From Clostridia bacterium (GTDB lineage: Bacteria; Bacillota; Clostridia; TANB77; CAG-508): a stretch of DNA of 64,000 bases. The stretch's first letter is position 1. Every line of letters starts with the position of its first letter. Made by a program: the position numbers and the translations under genes. The DNA is taken from positions 150,516 to 214,515 of the forward strand of contig JAZUKI010000003.1 in assembly GCA_045643205.1 (NCBI GenBank). Reading direction: 5' to 3'. Below, in pieces: positions 19,815 to 30,305 of the stretch. The notes beneath the pieces were generated by a model. It was not told the DNA's origin, ran no database searches, and worked only from the letters and a program-made list of their open reading frames with translations.

Positions 19815-21714
19815 GAAACAAAACCCTTCAAACAAAGCAGGAAATCCAATGCAAGGTTCAATGAAAAAAGGAACTTTAAGTAGACTAATAAAAATAATTT
19901 GGAAAGATTACAAAGTAAGATTAATAATTGTAATCGCATGTTTAATTATAAACAGTATAACAATGGCACTATTAACAACAGCATTAAAACCATTAATCGA
20001 TGATTGTATCACACCATTTATAGGACAACAAAGTCCTGATTATGCAAAATTAGTTCAGTACATATTATATATAGGTGCAGTAGGACTAGCAGGAATTATC
20101 GCATCATTCGTTTCAAACATAGTGTTAGTAACAGTTTCACAAGGTACACAAAGAAAAATAAGAAATACATTATTCAACAAAATGCAATCATTCCCAATTA
20201 AATTCTTCGACACACACAAACACGGAGACATCATGTCAGTTTATACAAACGACGTAGATACATTAGAAGAAATGATCGGAAGAAGTTTACCAGAAGCATT
20301 AACATCAATAATAAAAATAATTTCATATTTAATATCAATGATTTCATTAAGTCCACTATTAACATTATTTGTTGTAATATTCTCAATACTAACAATATTA
20401 GTAACAAAAGGATTTGCACAACGTTCAGGAAAATATTTTGTTGGACAACAAAAATCAATCGGTAAAGTTAACGGATTCATTGAAGAAATGCTAAACGGCC
20501 AAAAGGTAGTAAAAGTTTTCACACACGAAGAAATTGCAAAGCAAGAATTCGACAAAGTTAATGAAGAATTATTCGAAAACATGAATCAAGCAAACAAATA
20601 TGCAAACTTAATGATGCCAGTTGCACACAACTTAGGAAATATACAATATGTAGCAATTGCAGCATTAGGAACATTATTAGCATTAGCAGGTCAACTTCCA
20701 TTAACATTAGGAACATTAATTGCATTCCTTCAATTATCAAGACAATTCACACAACCAATTGACCAATCAATGATGCAAATCAACTCAATCATCCGTGCAA
20801 TGGCCGGAACATCAAGAGTTTTCGAGATGATGGACATTGAAGAAGAACAAGACAACGGATATGTTACATTAGTAAATGTAAAAGAAGATAAAAACGGCAA
20901 CCTAATAGAATGTGATAAAAAGACAGGAAGATGGGCATGGAAACATCCTCATCATGATGGAACAACAGAACTCATAGAGCTAAAAGGAAGAATAGATATA
21001 GAAGATATCAACTTCAGTTACGATGGTGAAAAAGAAGTTCTACATCACATTTCATTATACGCAAAGCCAGGACAAAAGATTGCATTCGTTGGTGCAACAG
21101 GTGCTGGAAAAACAACAATCACAAACTTAATCAACAGATTTTACGAAGTAGATGAAGGAAAGATTAGATATGATGGAATTAACATCACAAAAATAAAGAA
21201 AGCCGACCTAAGAAAATCATTAGGAATGGTTCTACAAGATGTTAATTTATTCACAGGAACAATCAAAGAAAATATTAAGTATGGTCGTCCAGATGCAACA
21301 GACGAAGAAGTTATCGAAGCGGCTAAATTAGCAAATGCCGATGGTTTCATCAGACACTTGCCAGAAGGTTACGACACAATGCTTACAGAAAACGGTTCAC
21401 AATTATCACAAGGCCAAAGACAATTGCTATCAATTGCAAGAGCTGCAATCGCAAATCCACCAGTAATGATTTTAGACGAAGCAACATCAAGCATTGACAC
21501 AAGAACAGAAAAGATCATTCAAGACGGTATGGACAAATTAATGGAAGGTAGAACAGTACTAGTAATTGCACATAGACTTTCAACAGTTAAAAATGCAAAA
21601 GCCATAATGGTTATGTCTAACGGCGAAATAATTGAAAGAGGCGACCACGAGCAATTAATAGCTCAAAGAGGCGAGTACTATCAATTATATACAGGAAACC
21701 TAGAACTTGAATAA
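19807..21714 (+). CDS. ABC exporter, fused permease/ATP-binding subunit (heterodimer half 2) with about 50-aa insertion before the NBD
   Basis: ATG at 19807 overlaps the upstream stop. Walker A GATGAGKTT, signature LSQGQRQLLSIARA, Walker B ILDEATSSID. Confidence 0.85.
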   Translation: MSKKQNPSNKAGNPMQGSMKKGTLSRLIKIIWKDYKVRLIIVIACLIINSITMALLTTALKPLIDDCITPFIGQQSPDYAKLVQYILYIGAVGLAGIIASFVSNIVLVTVSQGTQRKIRNTLFNKMQSFPIKFFDTHKHGDIMSVYTNDVDTLEEMIGRSLPEALTSIIKIISYLISMISLSPLLTLFVVIFSILTILVTKGFAQRSGKYFVGQQKSIGKVNGFIEEMLNGQKVVKVFTHEEIAKQEFDKVNEELFENMNQANKYANLMMPVAHNLGNIQYVAIAALGTLLALAGQLPLTLGTLIAFLQLSRQFTQPIDQSMMQINSIIRAMAGTSRVFEMMDIEEEQDNGYVTLVNVKEDKNGNLIECDKKTGRWAWKHPHHDGTTELIELKGRIDIEDINFSYDGEKEVLHHISLYAKPGQKIAFVGATGAGKTTITNLINRFYEVDEGKIRYDGINITKIKKADLRKSLGMVLQDVNLFTGTIKENIKYGRPDATDEEVIEAAKLANADGFIRHLPEGYDTMLTENGSQLSQGQRQLLSIARAAIANPPVMILDEATSSIDTRTEKIIQDGMDKLMEGRTVLVIAHRLSTVKNAKAIMVMSNGEIIERGDHEQLIAQRGEYYQLYTGNLELE

Positions 21715-21923
21715 AAACAATGGGGAGAAGAAATTCTCCTCATTTTTTATGTGGATTTTGTGGAACAAGTCAACACAAAGCCTAATTTTTTGTGAAATTA
21801 GAACTATTACAAAGATTACAAAACTATAAAATCGATACCCAAAATATTGAAAAATATATGTATTTTATGATAATATAAACATTGTAAATAAAATAATCAA
21901 TATTTAAGAAAGAGGTGTTAATT

Positions 21924-23135
21924 ATGGGATTATTACAAGCATTTACAGGAGCAATTGGTGGAACATTTGCTGATCAATGGAAAGATTATTTAGTTCCAGA
22001 AGCAGGTATTCCAGGAACAGCAGGTATTTTCCACGCTGTTAAGGTTGGAACAAATAATGGAAGAGGATCAAATACAAAAGGATCTGAATGCATTATTTCA
22101 GATGGAAGTAAAATCGTAGTTCCAGAAGGAACAGCACTTATCACAATGCAAGATGGTGCAATCACTGGAGTTATTACACAACCAGGTGGATATATTTGGG
22201 CATCAAATGATCCAAACGCAAAATCAATTTTTGCAGGAGATGGAATCATTGATTCATTAGTAAAACAATCTTGGGAAAGATTTAAATTTGGTGGAATGCC
22301 AGGTTCTCAACAAGTTGCTTTATATGTAAACTTAAAAGAAATACCAAACAATAGATTCGGTACACAATCTGAAATTTATTGGGATGATGCATATTTAAAT
22401 GCACAAGTAGGAGCAGTTACAAGAGGAACATATACTCTTCAAATCTGTGACCCAATTCTATTCATCAAGAACTTTGTACCACAACAATACTTATTACCAG
22501 ACGGACCAGTATTTGACTTTGCAGATATGGACAACGATGCTGGAGCACAATTATTCAATGAAGTAGTTGGAAGCTTATCAGCAGGTTTCTCAAACTATAC
22601 AAACGATCCAAGCAAAGGAAATAGAATCACAAAGATTCAAGGTGATCAAATTGGATTCGCACAAAGCTTATCACAAGCTGTAGAAGACGGATATCAATGG
22701 AAAACAAATCGTGGATTACAAATTATCAAAGTTGCAATCCAAGCTATCGAATACGACGCAGATACTAAAGCATTATTATCTGATGTTAAGAAAGCTGACG
22801 CATTATCTGGAGCTAGAGGAAATTCATTCATGCAACAAGCTGCTGCAAGAGGAATTCAAGGCGCTGGAGAAAACGGACAAGGTGGAATGGGAATGGCATT
22901 CATGGGAATGGGTGCAAATGCTGCAGGCTCAATGATGAGTGGTTTACAACAACAACCTGGAGTTCAAACAAACAACTTATTCCAACAACCAGCACAACAA
23001 GCTGCACCAGTAGAACCAGCTGCACCAGCTGAAGATCCATTAGAGAAAATTGGCAAACTTAAACAACTATTAGATATGGGTGCTATTACTCAAGAAGAAT
23101 TTGATGCACAAAAAGCTAAATTATTAGGATTATAA
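21924..23135 (+). CDS. YdjI-like SPFH-domain protein with G/M/Q-rich linker and C-terminal SHOCT domain
   Basis: GAGGTG RBS, then ATG at 21924. C-terminus LEKIGKLKQLLDMGAITQEEFDAQKAKLLGL is a SHOCT motif. Overall resembles Bacillus YdjI. Confidence 0.55.
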   Translation: MGLLQAFTGAIGGTFADQWKDYLVPEAGIPGTAGIFHAVKVGTNNGRGSNTKGSECIISDGSKIVVPEGTALITMQDGAITGVITQPGGYIWASNDPNAKSIFAGDGIIDSLVKQSWERFKFGGMPGSQQVALYVNLKEIPNNRFGTQSEIYWDDAYLNAQVGAVTRGTYTLQICDPILFIKNFVPQQYLLPDGPVFDFADMDNDAGAQLFNEVVGSLSAGFSNYTNDPSKGNRITKIQGDQIGFAQSLSQAVEDGYQWKTNRGLQIIKVAIQAIEYDADTKALLSDVKKADALSGARGNSFMQQAAARGIQGAGENGQGGMGMAFMGMGANAAGSMMSGLQQQPGVQTNNLFQQPAQQAAPVEPAAPAEDPLEKIGKLKQLLDMGAITQEEFDAQKAKLLGL

Positions 23136-23233
23136 TTTAATTTTATAAATCAAGATTAGACTTAAGAGTAATCCGCTAAGGATAAAATTAAGTCTAATTT
23201 ATTGTAAAAAATAAAAAACGAAAGGAAAAAACT

Positions 23234-24805
23234 ATGGCAGACAATATACAAGGTCAACCAGTTCAAGGTCAACCAGTTCAAAATCAACCAGTTCAAAATC
23301 AACCAATTCAAGGTCAACCTATCCAAAGTCAACCAATCCAACCATCATTCGATAATTCAGTTACAACAAAAGAAGATGGACAAACAAAATGTCCTCAATG
23401 TGGATCAACTGATATTTCAGTTAACGCAAAAAAAGGTGTTTTAAGATGTAACTATTGTAGACATGAGTTTCAACCAGAAGTAGCTGCTGGAATGAATGGA
23501 GATATTACAAAATTACAAGGAATCTGGGTTGGAAAAGGCGCATGTGATATTAAAAAAGGTGAACAATCAAAAGAAATGTTAACATTAAAATGTACAAGCT
23601 GTGGAGCAGAAGTTGTTATCGATACAAAAGAATCAACACAAGCAAGATGCCACTGGTGCAGAAACATGTTATCAATTCAAAACCAAATTCCAAATGGCGC
23701 AGTACCAGACGCTGTTTTGCCATTTAAACTTACAAAGCAACAAGCTCAACAAAAAATTGAAGAATTTGTTGGAAAGAGAAAATTCTTTGCACATCCTAAA
23801 TTCAAGGAAGAATTCACAACAGAAAATATTATGGGTGTTTACATGCCTTACATGAGCATTAACGCAAATACACACGTAAGACTTGAAGGTTTAGGAGAAA
23901 TAAAAACAAGACAATACACAGTTAAAAGAGGAGATTCATATCATACTTATTATGATGCAGATGAATATCGTGTTGGAAGAGAATACGACGCTGCAATCAA
24001 AGGTTTGACAATCGAATCAAACTCACAAAGAATGTCAAATGACAAAGGCGAAACAAACAACATCATCAATGCAATCATGCCATTTGATATGGAGAACTGC
24101 GTAACATGGGACGCAAACTATTTACATGGATATACATCAGAAAGACGTGATACAAACGTTAATCAACTTAAAGAATATGGCGATGAAAAAATTAGAGGTG
24201 TTGCTAGATATACAATAAATGACACATTAGCAAAATATGATAGAGGTGTTTCTTGGAAGAGCCAAAACATTGATATTATTGGAGAACAATGGAGTGCAGT
24301 ATATCTACCAGTATGGTTATATAGTTACTATGAGAACAAAGGAAATGGTCAAGGAACAAAGCACTACGTTGCAGTAAACGCACGTACACAAGAAACAATG
24401 GGATCAGTTCCAGTTTATATGCCATTATTATTAGGAATCTCAGCAATTATTGAGATTATAGGTATCATTCTATTCGCTATATTATTAGGAGTAAAGAACG
24501 GATACAAATTCAGCTGGTTATTCTTATTACCAGGAATTATTTATGGACTATCTATCTATGGAAAATACAGAAACAAGAATGCAAAACACGTTTATGAATT
24601 AGAAACATTACAACAAAAGAATAACATTAAAGGATACGATACATTTAATAGACATCGCAAAGGCCTAAGCAATTCAATGATAGAAGGTTATAACAACAAA
24701 GCAATAAGCACATCAACATCAGAAAAAGTATTAAACTCAGTAACTGGAGGAAATGTACTAGGAACAGTTGCAAACATTGGATTAAACAATATATTACATA
24801 GATAA
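23234..24805 (+). CDS. Double zinc-ribbon membrane protein (YdjG/YdjH-like) with N-terminal (GQPxQ)n repeats
   Basis: Two CxxC...CxxC ribbons (CPQCGS..CNYCRH; CTSCGA..CHWCRN). Two C-terminal TM helices. 15-bp DNA tandem repeats at 23246-23335. Confidence 0.5.
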   Translation: MADNIQGQPVQGQPVQNQPVQNQPIQGQPIQSQPIQPSFDNSVTTKEDGQTKCPQCGSTDISVNAKKGVLRCNYCRHEFQPEVAAGMNGDITKLQGIWVGKGACDIKKGEQSKEMLTLKCTSCGAEVVIDTKESTQARCHWCRNMLSIQNQIPNGAVPDAVLPFKLTKQQAQQKIEEFVGKRKFFAHPKFKEEFTTENIMGVYMPYMSINANTHVRLEGLGEIKTRQYTVKRGDSYHTYYDADEYRVGREYDAAIKGLTIESNSQRMSNDKGETNNIINAIMPFDMENCVTWDANYLHGYTSERRDTNVNQLKEYGDEKIRGVARYTINDTLAKYDRGVSWKSQNIDIIGEQWSAVYLPVWLYSYYENKGNGQGTKHYVAVNARTQETMGSVPVYMPLLLGISAIIEIIGIILFAILLGVKNGYKFSWLFLLPGIIYGLSIYGKYRNKNAKHVYELETLQQKNNIKGYDTFNRHRKGLSNSMIEGYNNKAISTSTSEKVLNSVTGGNVLGTVANIGLNNILHR

Positions 24806-24873
24806 ACTATAATAAATAATAAAATAAAAGAAATAAAAATAAAAATAATCTAAAATAAATATAGAGATAAAAC

Positions 24874-24907
24874 AAAAGGTGAGTATTGGAATACTCACCT
24901 TTTTTAT
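24874..24907. terminator. Bidirectional intrinsic terminator
   Basis: GGTGAGTAT-TGGA-ATACTCACC hairpin flanked by an A-run and a T-run, between convergent genes. Confidence 0.7.
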
Positions 24908-24939
24908 ATTTATAAACTTTCAGCTAAACCAGCTAACAT

Positions 24940-25659
24940 TTATTCATTCGAACTCTTATTTGAATTTTCGTTTGAAGCCTCGTTTGCAGTTTCATTTGAA
25001 TTTTCTTCAACAACCTCATTTACAACTTCATTAGAAACCTCATTAGTTGTATTAGTTGTATTTTTCAAAGAAAGAATATGATTAACAATTTCATTTTGAT
25101 CATCACTTTGCAAATAAGAATAGTGAGATTGGATTTGATTCTCAAAAGTTTTATCATCAGTACCAAAGAAGCCTTCTTTTTTAGCTTTATCATACAATTC
25201 GCCAGGCAATAATTCTTTAGTATCAGAATCTGTAATAGCTTCAGTAGAATCTACAACAGAACCATTCTCAAAAGAAACCATAAAAGCATCTGAAAAACTT
25301 GAACTTGAATTTAACTTGAAATCGTTTACATAAAAGCTTTGAACTGTAGCCCAAAGATAAACATTATAATAGTCGCCTTTCTTGTATATCCCTAAGGGTC
25401 TGAAGTTTGAAAAGACTTTAAAATCAACTAAATTTTTGCTTTCCTCAGGAGTAATATCTTTAGCATTAAAAGACATAGGAGTAACTTTAGATAAAATATA
25501 TTTTTCAGCTTTTGCATAAAGTTCATCATCGTCATCAACCTTAGAACCTTTGCCATTAGCTAGATTGTAGAAAATTAACCCTAAAACAGCACAAACAATA
25601 AGAACAATTATTGCAAGTTTGTAATGATCAAAAAACTTAATAAGACCAGATTTTTTCAT
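24940..25659 (-). CDS. Hypothetical membrane-anchored protein with S/N/E low-complexity C-terminus
   Basis: ORF with an N-terminal TM helix. No conserved motifs recognised. Confidence 0.4.
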   Translation of the reverse strand: MKKSGLIKFFDHYKLAIIVLIVCAVLGLIFYNLANGKGSKVDDDDELYAKAEKYILSKVTPMSFNAKDITPEESKNLVDFKVFSNFRPLGIYKKGDYYNVYLWATVQSFYVNDFKLNSSSSFSDAFMVSFENGSVVDSTEAITDSDTKELLPGELYDKAKKEGFFGTDDKTFENQIQSHYSYLQSDDQNEIVNHILSLKNTTNTTNEVSNEVVNEVVEENSNETANEASNENSNKSSNE

Positions 25660-25898
25660 AAAATACTCCTTGAAAAATCAATTTTTTACAAAAAACACTA
25701 GATTTTTATAAAACCAACATTAGATTTTCACAAAATCAACACTGCATTTTTGCAAAAATTTTATTGAAACAAGTATAACATTAAATATAATATAAATGCA
25801 ATAAAATAAAATTTCCGTAACATTTTATTGATTTTCTTAATCATTATTTATATAATAAAAATCGATAAAATAAAAAATAAAAAAGGGGTTTTAAGAAG

Positions 25899-27152
25899 AT
25901 GCGAACAAAATCTAATAAACCTACTAAAAGAGAACTTCAAAAGATACAAAAAGAGGCAGAAGAGAAGCTTTTAGCAGAACTTAAAATTGAATATAATAAG
26001 TCATATGATAGCATTCTAGAAGAACTTAAGACTCAAAAATCTGGCATGGATACAGCCTATCGTGCGATAGTTACAAAAGAAAGATATTTTGCTACGGATG
26101 CGAGCAGTTTAGGAGTTAAATTTGATGCAGATTTAACTGAAGAGTCAATTGAAGGTAAAGTTTTAAATATATATGATAAATATGATGCATTGTTAGAGCA
26201 AATGTATGATGAAAAAATATCTGAAGGTGCTGAACTTAGTGAATATCAAAGCAACATGAACCAATTTGACAGATATAAGATTCCAGCAAAAATTTTAAAA
26301 TTAGCTAACAGATGCACAGAATTATTAGTTGAAAACTTACAAAATCAATGCGAAGAAGAAATTAAGAAGCAAATATATTATAAAGCAGAAACAATCATGA
26401 AAGCAGGCAGAATCGAGCAATACGAGAAAGCTGCAAAATACTATGGCGGACAAAAAGGAAGTATTCTTAAAGCAATAAATGGAACAACTTCATACAATGA
26501 AGCTTTAAGAAACAAATACATCATAATGAAAGCAAGAGAAGAACTTCCAGTAAGCGAACCAAGCAAAGATGAATATGATGAACATGCTATATTAGCTTCA
26601 GTAAGCATATATGCAAACAGCGTAAAAGACTTAGATTCTGAATTACAAGAAATAGTAAACAAGATTTATGCTACATACAAAATAGATCAAGACAGAGTAA
26701 AATCTTTCATAAATCTAAAATGCAAACAAGATGCAGAAGCACTAAAAACTCAAAGCTTAATGCCTGCAGAAGAAAAAGGAGCATTCTGGAGAAAAAGAGT
26801 AGCAAAAATAATGAGAGCAGACAACGAAAGAGCAGTAGAAGAACTATCAAAAGTAAAAGAATCATTAGTAGAATTCAAACAAACATATCACGAAAATGCA
26901 TTAGAAAAATATTTTAACTTATTAGGATATATGGATGCATCAATTGAATATATTTTAAACACAACAGATAAAAAACAAAGAGCAGTAGATAGACAAAAAA
27001 TTGAAAGCGTTTTCAAAAATTTAGCTAGCAAAACTGTTAAAAAAATTGAAAATTCAGAAATTTCACAAGAAGTAGATGATTCAGTAATCGAACCATCAAT
27101 TCAAAATTCAGATGTACAAATCTCTGAAGATATGGCATTAGACACATTATAA
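25899..27152 (+). CDS. Hypothetical soluble alpha-helical protein
   Basis: 417-aa ORF with an RBS. Predicted coiled-coil rich. No recognisable domain. Confidence 0.4.
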   Translation: MRTKSNKPTKRELQKIQKEAEEKLLAELKIEYNKSYDSILEELKTQKSGMDTAYRAIVTKERYFATDASSLGVKFDADLTEESIEGKVLNIYDKYDALLEQMYDEKISEGAELSEYQSNMNQFDRYKIPAKILKLANRCTELLVENLQNQCEEEIKKQIYYKAETIMKAGRIEQYEKAAKYYGGQKGSILKAINGTTSYNEALRNKYIIMKAREELPVSEPSKDEYDEHAILASVSIYANSVKDLDSELQEIVNKIYATYKIDQDRVKSFINLKCKQDAEALKTQSLMPAEEKGAFWRKRVAKIMRADNERAVEELSKVKESLVEFKQTYHENALEKYFNLLGYMDASIEYILNTTDKKQRAVDRQKIESVFKNLASKTVKKIENSEISQEVDDSVIEPSIQNSDVQISEDMALDTL

Positions 27153-27176
27153 GTTATTCTTATTTGTTATAAAACA

Positions 27177-27213
27177 GACCTAGAGAATCCATCTTCTCTA
27201 GGTCACTTTTTTT
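27177..27213 (+). terminator. Intrinsic terminator
   Basis: GACCTAGAGAA-TCCATC-TTCTCTAGGTC, a perfect 11-bp stem, followed by a T7 run. Confidence 0.7.
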
Positions 27214-27224
27214 AAGGAGTATAC

Positions 27225-28658
27225 ATGGAAACACAAAAAACTAATTGGATTGAAAAACTTTTATGTTTAATCATAATACTATGTCCAATTCTAGATTGTG
27301 CAAGTTTCATTTTTAGAAACTTTTTTCAAACAACAATCTCAGTTTCAACAATAATAAGACCAATAATTCCACTTTGCTTATTACTATACATTTTTATCAA
27401 AGGAAACAAAAAAGAAAAAATAATACTAGCACTAATTGCTTTAGCATACATAGGCTACGCAGTTGTGCATTTATTAATATACAATAGTTTTCACACAGGT
27501 TGTTCATTTGGCGACATCAAACTTGAAATGCAATATGTTTTCAATTTCTCATTCATAATGATTTACTTCATCGTATTTGCATTCTTGTTTTTGAAAAAAG
27601 ATTTAGCAACAGACAAGCTCTACAACTCAATTACAATCATGGCAACAATCTATATTGTATCAATTGTTCTTGCAATCATAATGGGACAATCATCACACAC
27701 ATATATAGAAACATCAACAGGCTACAAAGGTTGGATAGAATCAGGCAACAGTCTAAGTGCAATTTTAATCACTTCACTATTTATGATGTTACAACGTGCA
27801 CGAGAAAACAAAATCACAATAGTTGTTATCTTAGCAGTAGGAACATATTTAATAACAACTATCGGAACAAGAACAGGACTATTAGGAACTTTTATTGCAG
27901 TAGGCTTATACATATTACTTGAAATGTTCTTCAGCAGAAACAAAAAAATAATCATCTCAGGACTAACATTAATGTGTGTTGCAATTTTAGTAGTTGTTTT
28001 TGCAGGATCAAAAACAATTCAAAGAAGACAACAAATGGCAGAATCGCAATACACAATAATTGATGAAGCAACAGGCGAAGTAGGAAACATGACAGGAGAC
28101 ATGTTAAGAATCAAAAATAAAATTCTTAATAACGAACTTGAAGAAGACTTTATGTCAGAAGCACAAAAGCAGTCAGTACTTGACCTACACGAATACACTA
28201 AATCAATAAAATTAGCAGGAAATGATACACGAACACAACAATTAATGTACAACATTTACTTAATGAAAAATCAACATAGTTTTACAGGAATAGTATTTGG
28301 AAACGGATACAACAACAACGTTAGAGAAATGAGAATGGAAAACGAATTAGCATCATTGTTCTTAAACTTTGGATTATGTGGATTCATACTATATGCAGGA
28401 CCATTATTAGCAGTTCTTGTTTATGCAATTATTTTTGGAATAAAACGAAGAAAAGAAATTTCATTAAACTATGTAATGAATGTTTGTGCATTAATTTTAG
28501 CAATCAGTTTATCATGGTTATCAGGCTATGTACTATTTGCAACATCAAGCATGACAGTCATAGTTGTAGTTGCAACATTGTTATTGAAAGAAATAAAAAG
28601 AATTAAAGATAATGAAAATAAAGACAAGAAAATTAAAGACAATAAAAGCCTAGATTAG
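27225..28658 (+). CDS. O-antigen ligase / Wzy_C family polytopic membrane protein
   Basis: About 10 TM helices. Large loop with HSFTGIVFGNGY ... ENELASLFLNFGLCGFI, resembling the Wzy_C H...GxGxG...E..G signature. Confidence 0.55.
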   Translation: METQKTNWIEKLLCLIIILCPILDCASFIFRNFFQTTISVSTIIRPIIPLCLLLYIFIKGNKKEKIILALIALAYIGYAVVHLLIYNSFHTGCSFGDIKLEMQYVFNFSFIMIYFIVFAFLFLKKDLATDKLYNSITIMATIYIVSIVLAIIMGQSSHTYIETSTGYKGWIESGNSLSAILITSLFMMLQRARENKITIVVILAVGTYLITTIGTRTGLLGTFIAVGLYILLEMFFSRNKKIIISGLTLMCVAILVVVFAGSKTIQRRQQMAESQYTIIDEATGEVGNMTGDMLRIKNKILNNELEEDFMSEAQKQSVLDLHEYTKSIKLAGNDTRTQQLMYNIYLMKNQHSFTGIVFGNGYNNNVREMRMENELASLFLNFGLCGFILYAGPLLAVLVYAIIFGIKRRKEISLNYVMNVCALILAISLSWLSGYVLFATSSMTVIVVVATLLLKEIKRIKDNENKDKKIKDNKSLD

Positions 28659-28716
28659 GTAGCACATCAAATTTAACTATTCATAAGATATAATTTATTA
28701 AAAGGAATGTGGTTAT

Positions 28717-30000
28717 ATGATTACTGTAATAAAAAATGGAACTGTTATTTCAATGGATGAAAAAAGAAATGAAAAATATGAAGTATTAGATATCGTTTTT
28801 AAAGATGATATCATAATTTCAATGTGCTCAAATTACGACGGACCATATGATAAATTAATTGATGCTAAAAATAAAATTGTAATGCCTGGGCTAGTTAATA
28901 CACATGCACACTTGGGAATGGCAATGTTTAGAGGCATTAATGACTACGAAGACTTCAATGGTTGGTGGGGCAACATGATTTTACCTTATGAAAAGAAATT
29001 CACCGATAAAGAAGTTTATTTAAACACTTTATATTCATGTATAGAGATGATAAAAACCGGAACAACTACTGTATGTGATATGTACTTTAATAAAGATGGC
29101 ATAATGAAAGCTGTAAAAGAAGCAAAGGTTAGAACAATGTTCCCATTATATTTCATTGGTGACTATGATAAAGAAACTTTTGATGATGCAGAAAATTATT
29201 ATTTAAATAATAGAGATAATGATTTAATAAAATTCTATGTTTCTATGCATAGTTTGTATACATGTTCTGAAAGATTAGTTGCTGAATGCAAAAATTTTGC
29301 AGATAAGTACAATCTATTATTTGGAACTCATTTTTGCGAACATGATAGCGAATTAAATACAATAGCTGATAAATATAATATGAAACCAGTTAAAGTTTTA
29401 GATAAATACAAATTATTAGATAATAAACTTAGTTTAGCACATTGCACTCATATAAGCGATGAAGAACTTGAAATGTTTAAGGGGAAAGATGTTTCATTTA
29501 ATCATTGTCCAATTTCAAATTTAAATCTTGGTTGCGGAATTGCTGATATTCCAAAGTATATGAAACATGGAATAAATATATCTTTAGGAACTGATGGACA
29601 AGGTTCTGGTAATAATATGAATATGTTCTATACAATGTCACTTGTAGACTATATTCAAAAAGGAATATATAAAGACACAAACATATTAAAAAGTTATGAC
29701 GTTCTTAAAATGGCAACAATAAATGGTGCTAAAGCTTTAGGAATGGAGCAAGAGATTGGATCATTAGAAGTTGGTAAAAAGGCAGATATTATTATTGTTG
29801 ATTTAAACAAATTTGAAACATATCCTTATAGAGATTTGTTAGTAAGTATTGTTCATAATGTATTACCACAAAACATAGATACAACAATTATTAATGGAGA
29901 AACATTAATGCAAAATCATGAATTACTGCTTAATGTAGATGAAAATAAATTGATGGACAGAATGGATGAGATGGATAAGGAATTGAAGGAAGGAAAGTAG
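28717..30000 (+). CDS. mtaD: Amidohydrolase, 5-methylthioadenosine/S-adenosylhomocysteine deaminase-like
   Basis: MPGLVNTHAHLGMAMFRG metal-binding HxH motif, TGTTTVCDMY, and C-terminal KKADIIIVDL, typical of MtaD-type amidohydrolases. Confidence 0.75.
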   Translation: MITVIKNGTVISMDEKRNEKYEVLDIVFKDDIIISMCSNYDGPYDKLIDAKNKIVMPGLVNTHAHLGMAMFRGINDYEDFNGWWGNMILPYEKKFTDKEVYLNTLYSCIEMIKTGTTTVCDMYFNKDGIMKAVKEAKVRTMFPLYFIGDYDKETFDDAENYYLNNRDNDLIKFYVSMHSLYTCSERLVAECKNFADKYNLLFGTHFCEHDSELNTIADKYNMKPVKVLDKYKLLDNKLSLAHCTHISDEELEMFKGKDVSFNHCPISNLNLGCGIADIPKYMKHGINISLGTDGQGSGNNMNMFYTMSLVDYIQKGIYKDTNILKSYDVLKMATINGAKALGMEQEIGSLEVGKKADIIIVDLNKFETYPYRDLLVSIVHNVLPQNIDTTIINGETLMQNHELLLNVDENKLMDRMDEMDKELKEGK

Positions 30001-30305
30001 AAAGAAAATTAAAACATTTTATTTTGAGCAATGTAATTTTAATTCAAACATAGTAGATACTATAATGCATATAAAGTTTTGTTAAAATATATTTTATTCA
30101 TAATGTGATGGTATAATAAACAATAGAATGCTGTACAGCAAGATTTATCAAGGACTTTCGGGTTCTTGATTTTTTTATGAATTAAAAAAACGGCGAAAAA
30201 ACGGCGGAAGTTTTTTAGATTGAAAAATTGGTAAAAATTACAGTGTAAATTTCGTGCTGTATTTGTAGTAATGGGAGATTTGTTTTTTGAGAAAAAAGTA
30301 GTAAA

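Noticed and set aside
30181-30215. AAAAAACGGCGAAAAAACGGCGGAAGTTTTTT looked like a terminator or att-like repeat.
   Set aside because: The CGGCG elements are direct, not inverted, so no hairpin forms. The nearby imperfect hairpin at 30146-30178 plus a T-run is the more plausible terminator. No similarity to the tRNA 3' end.
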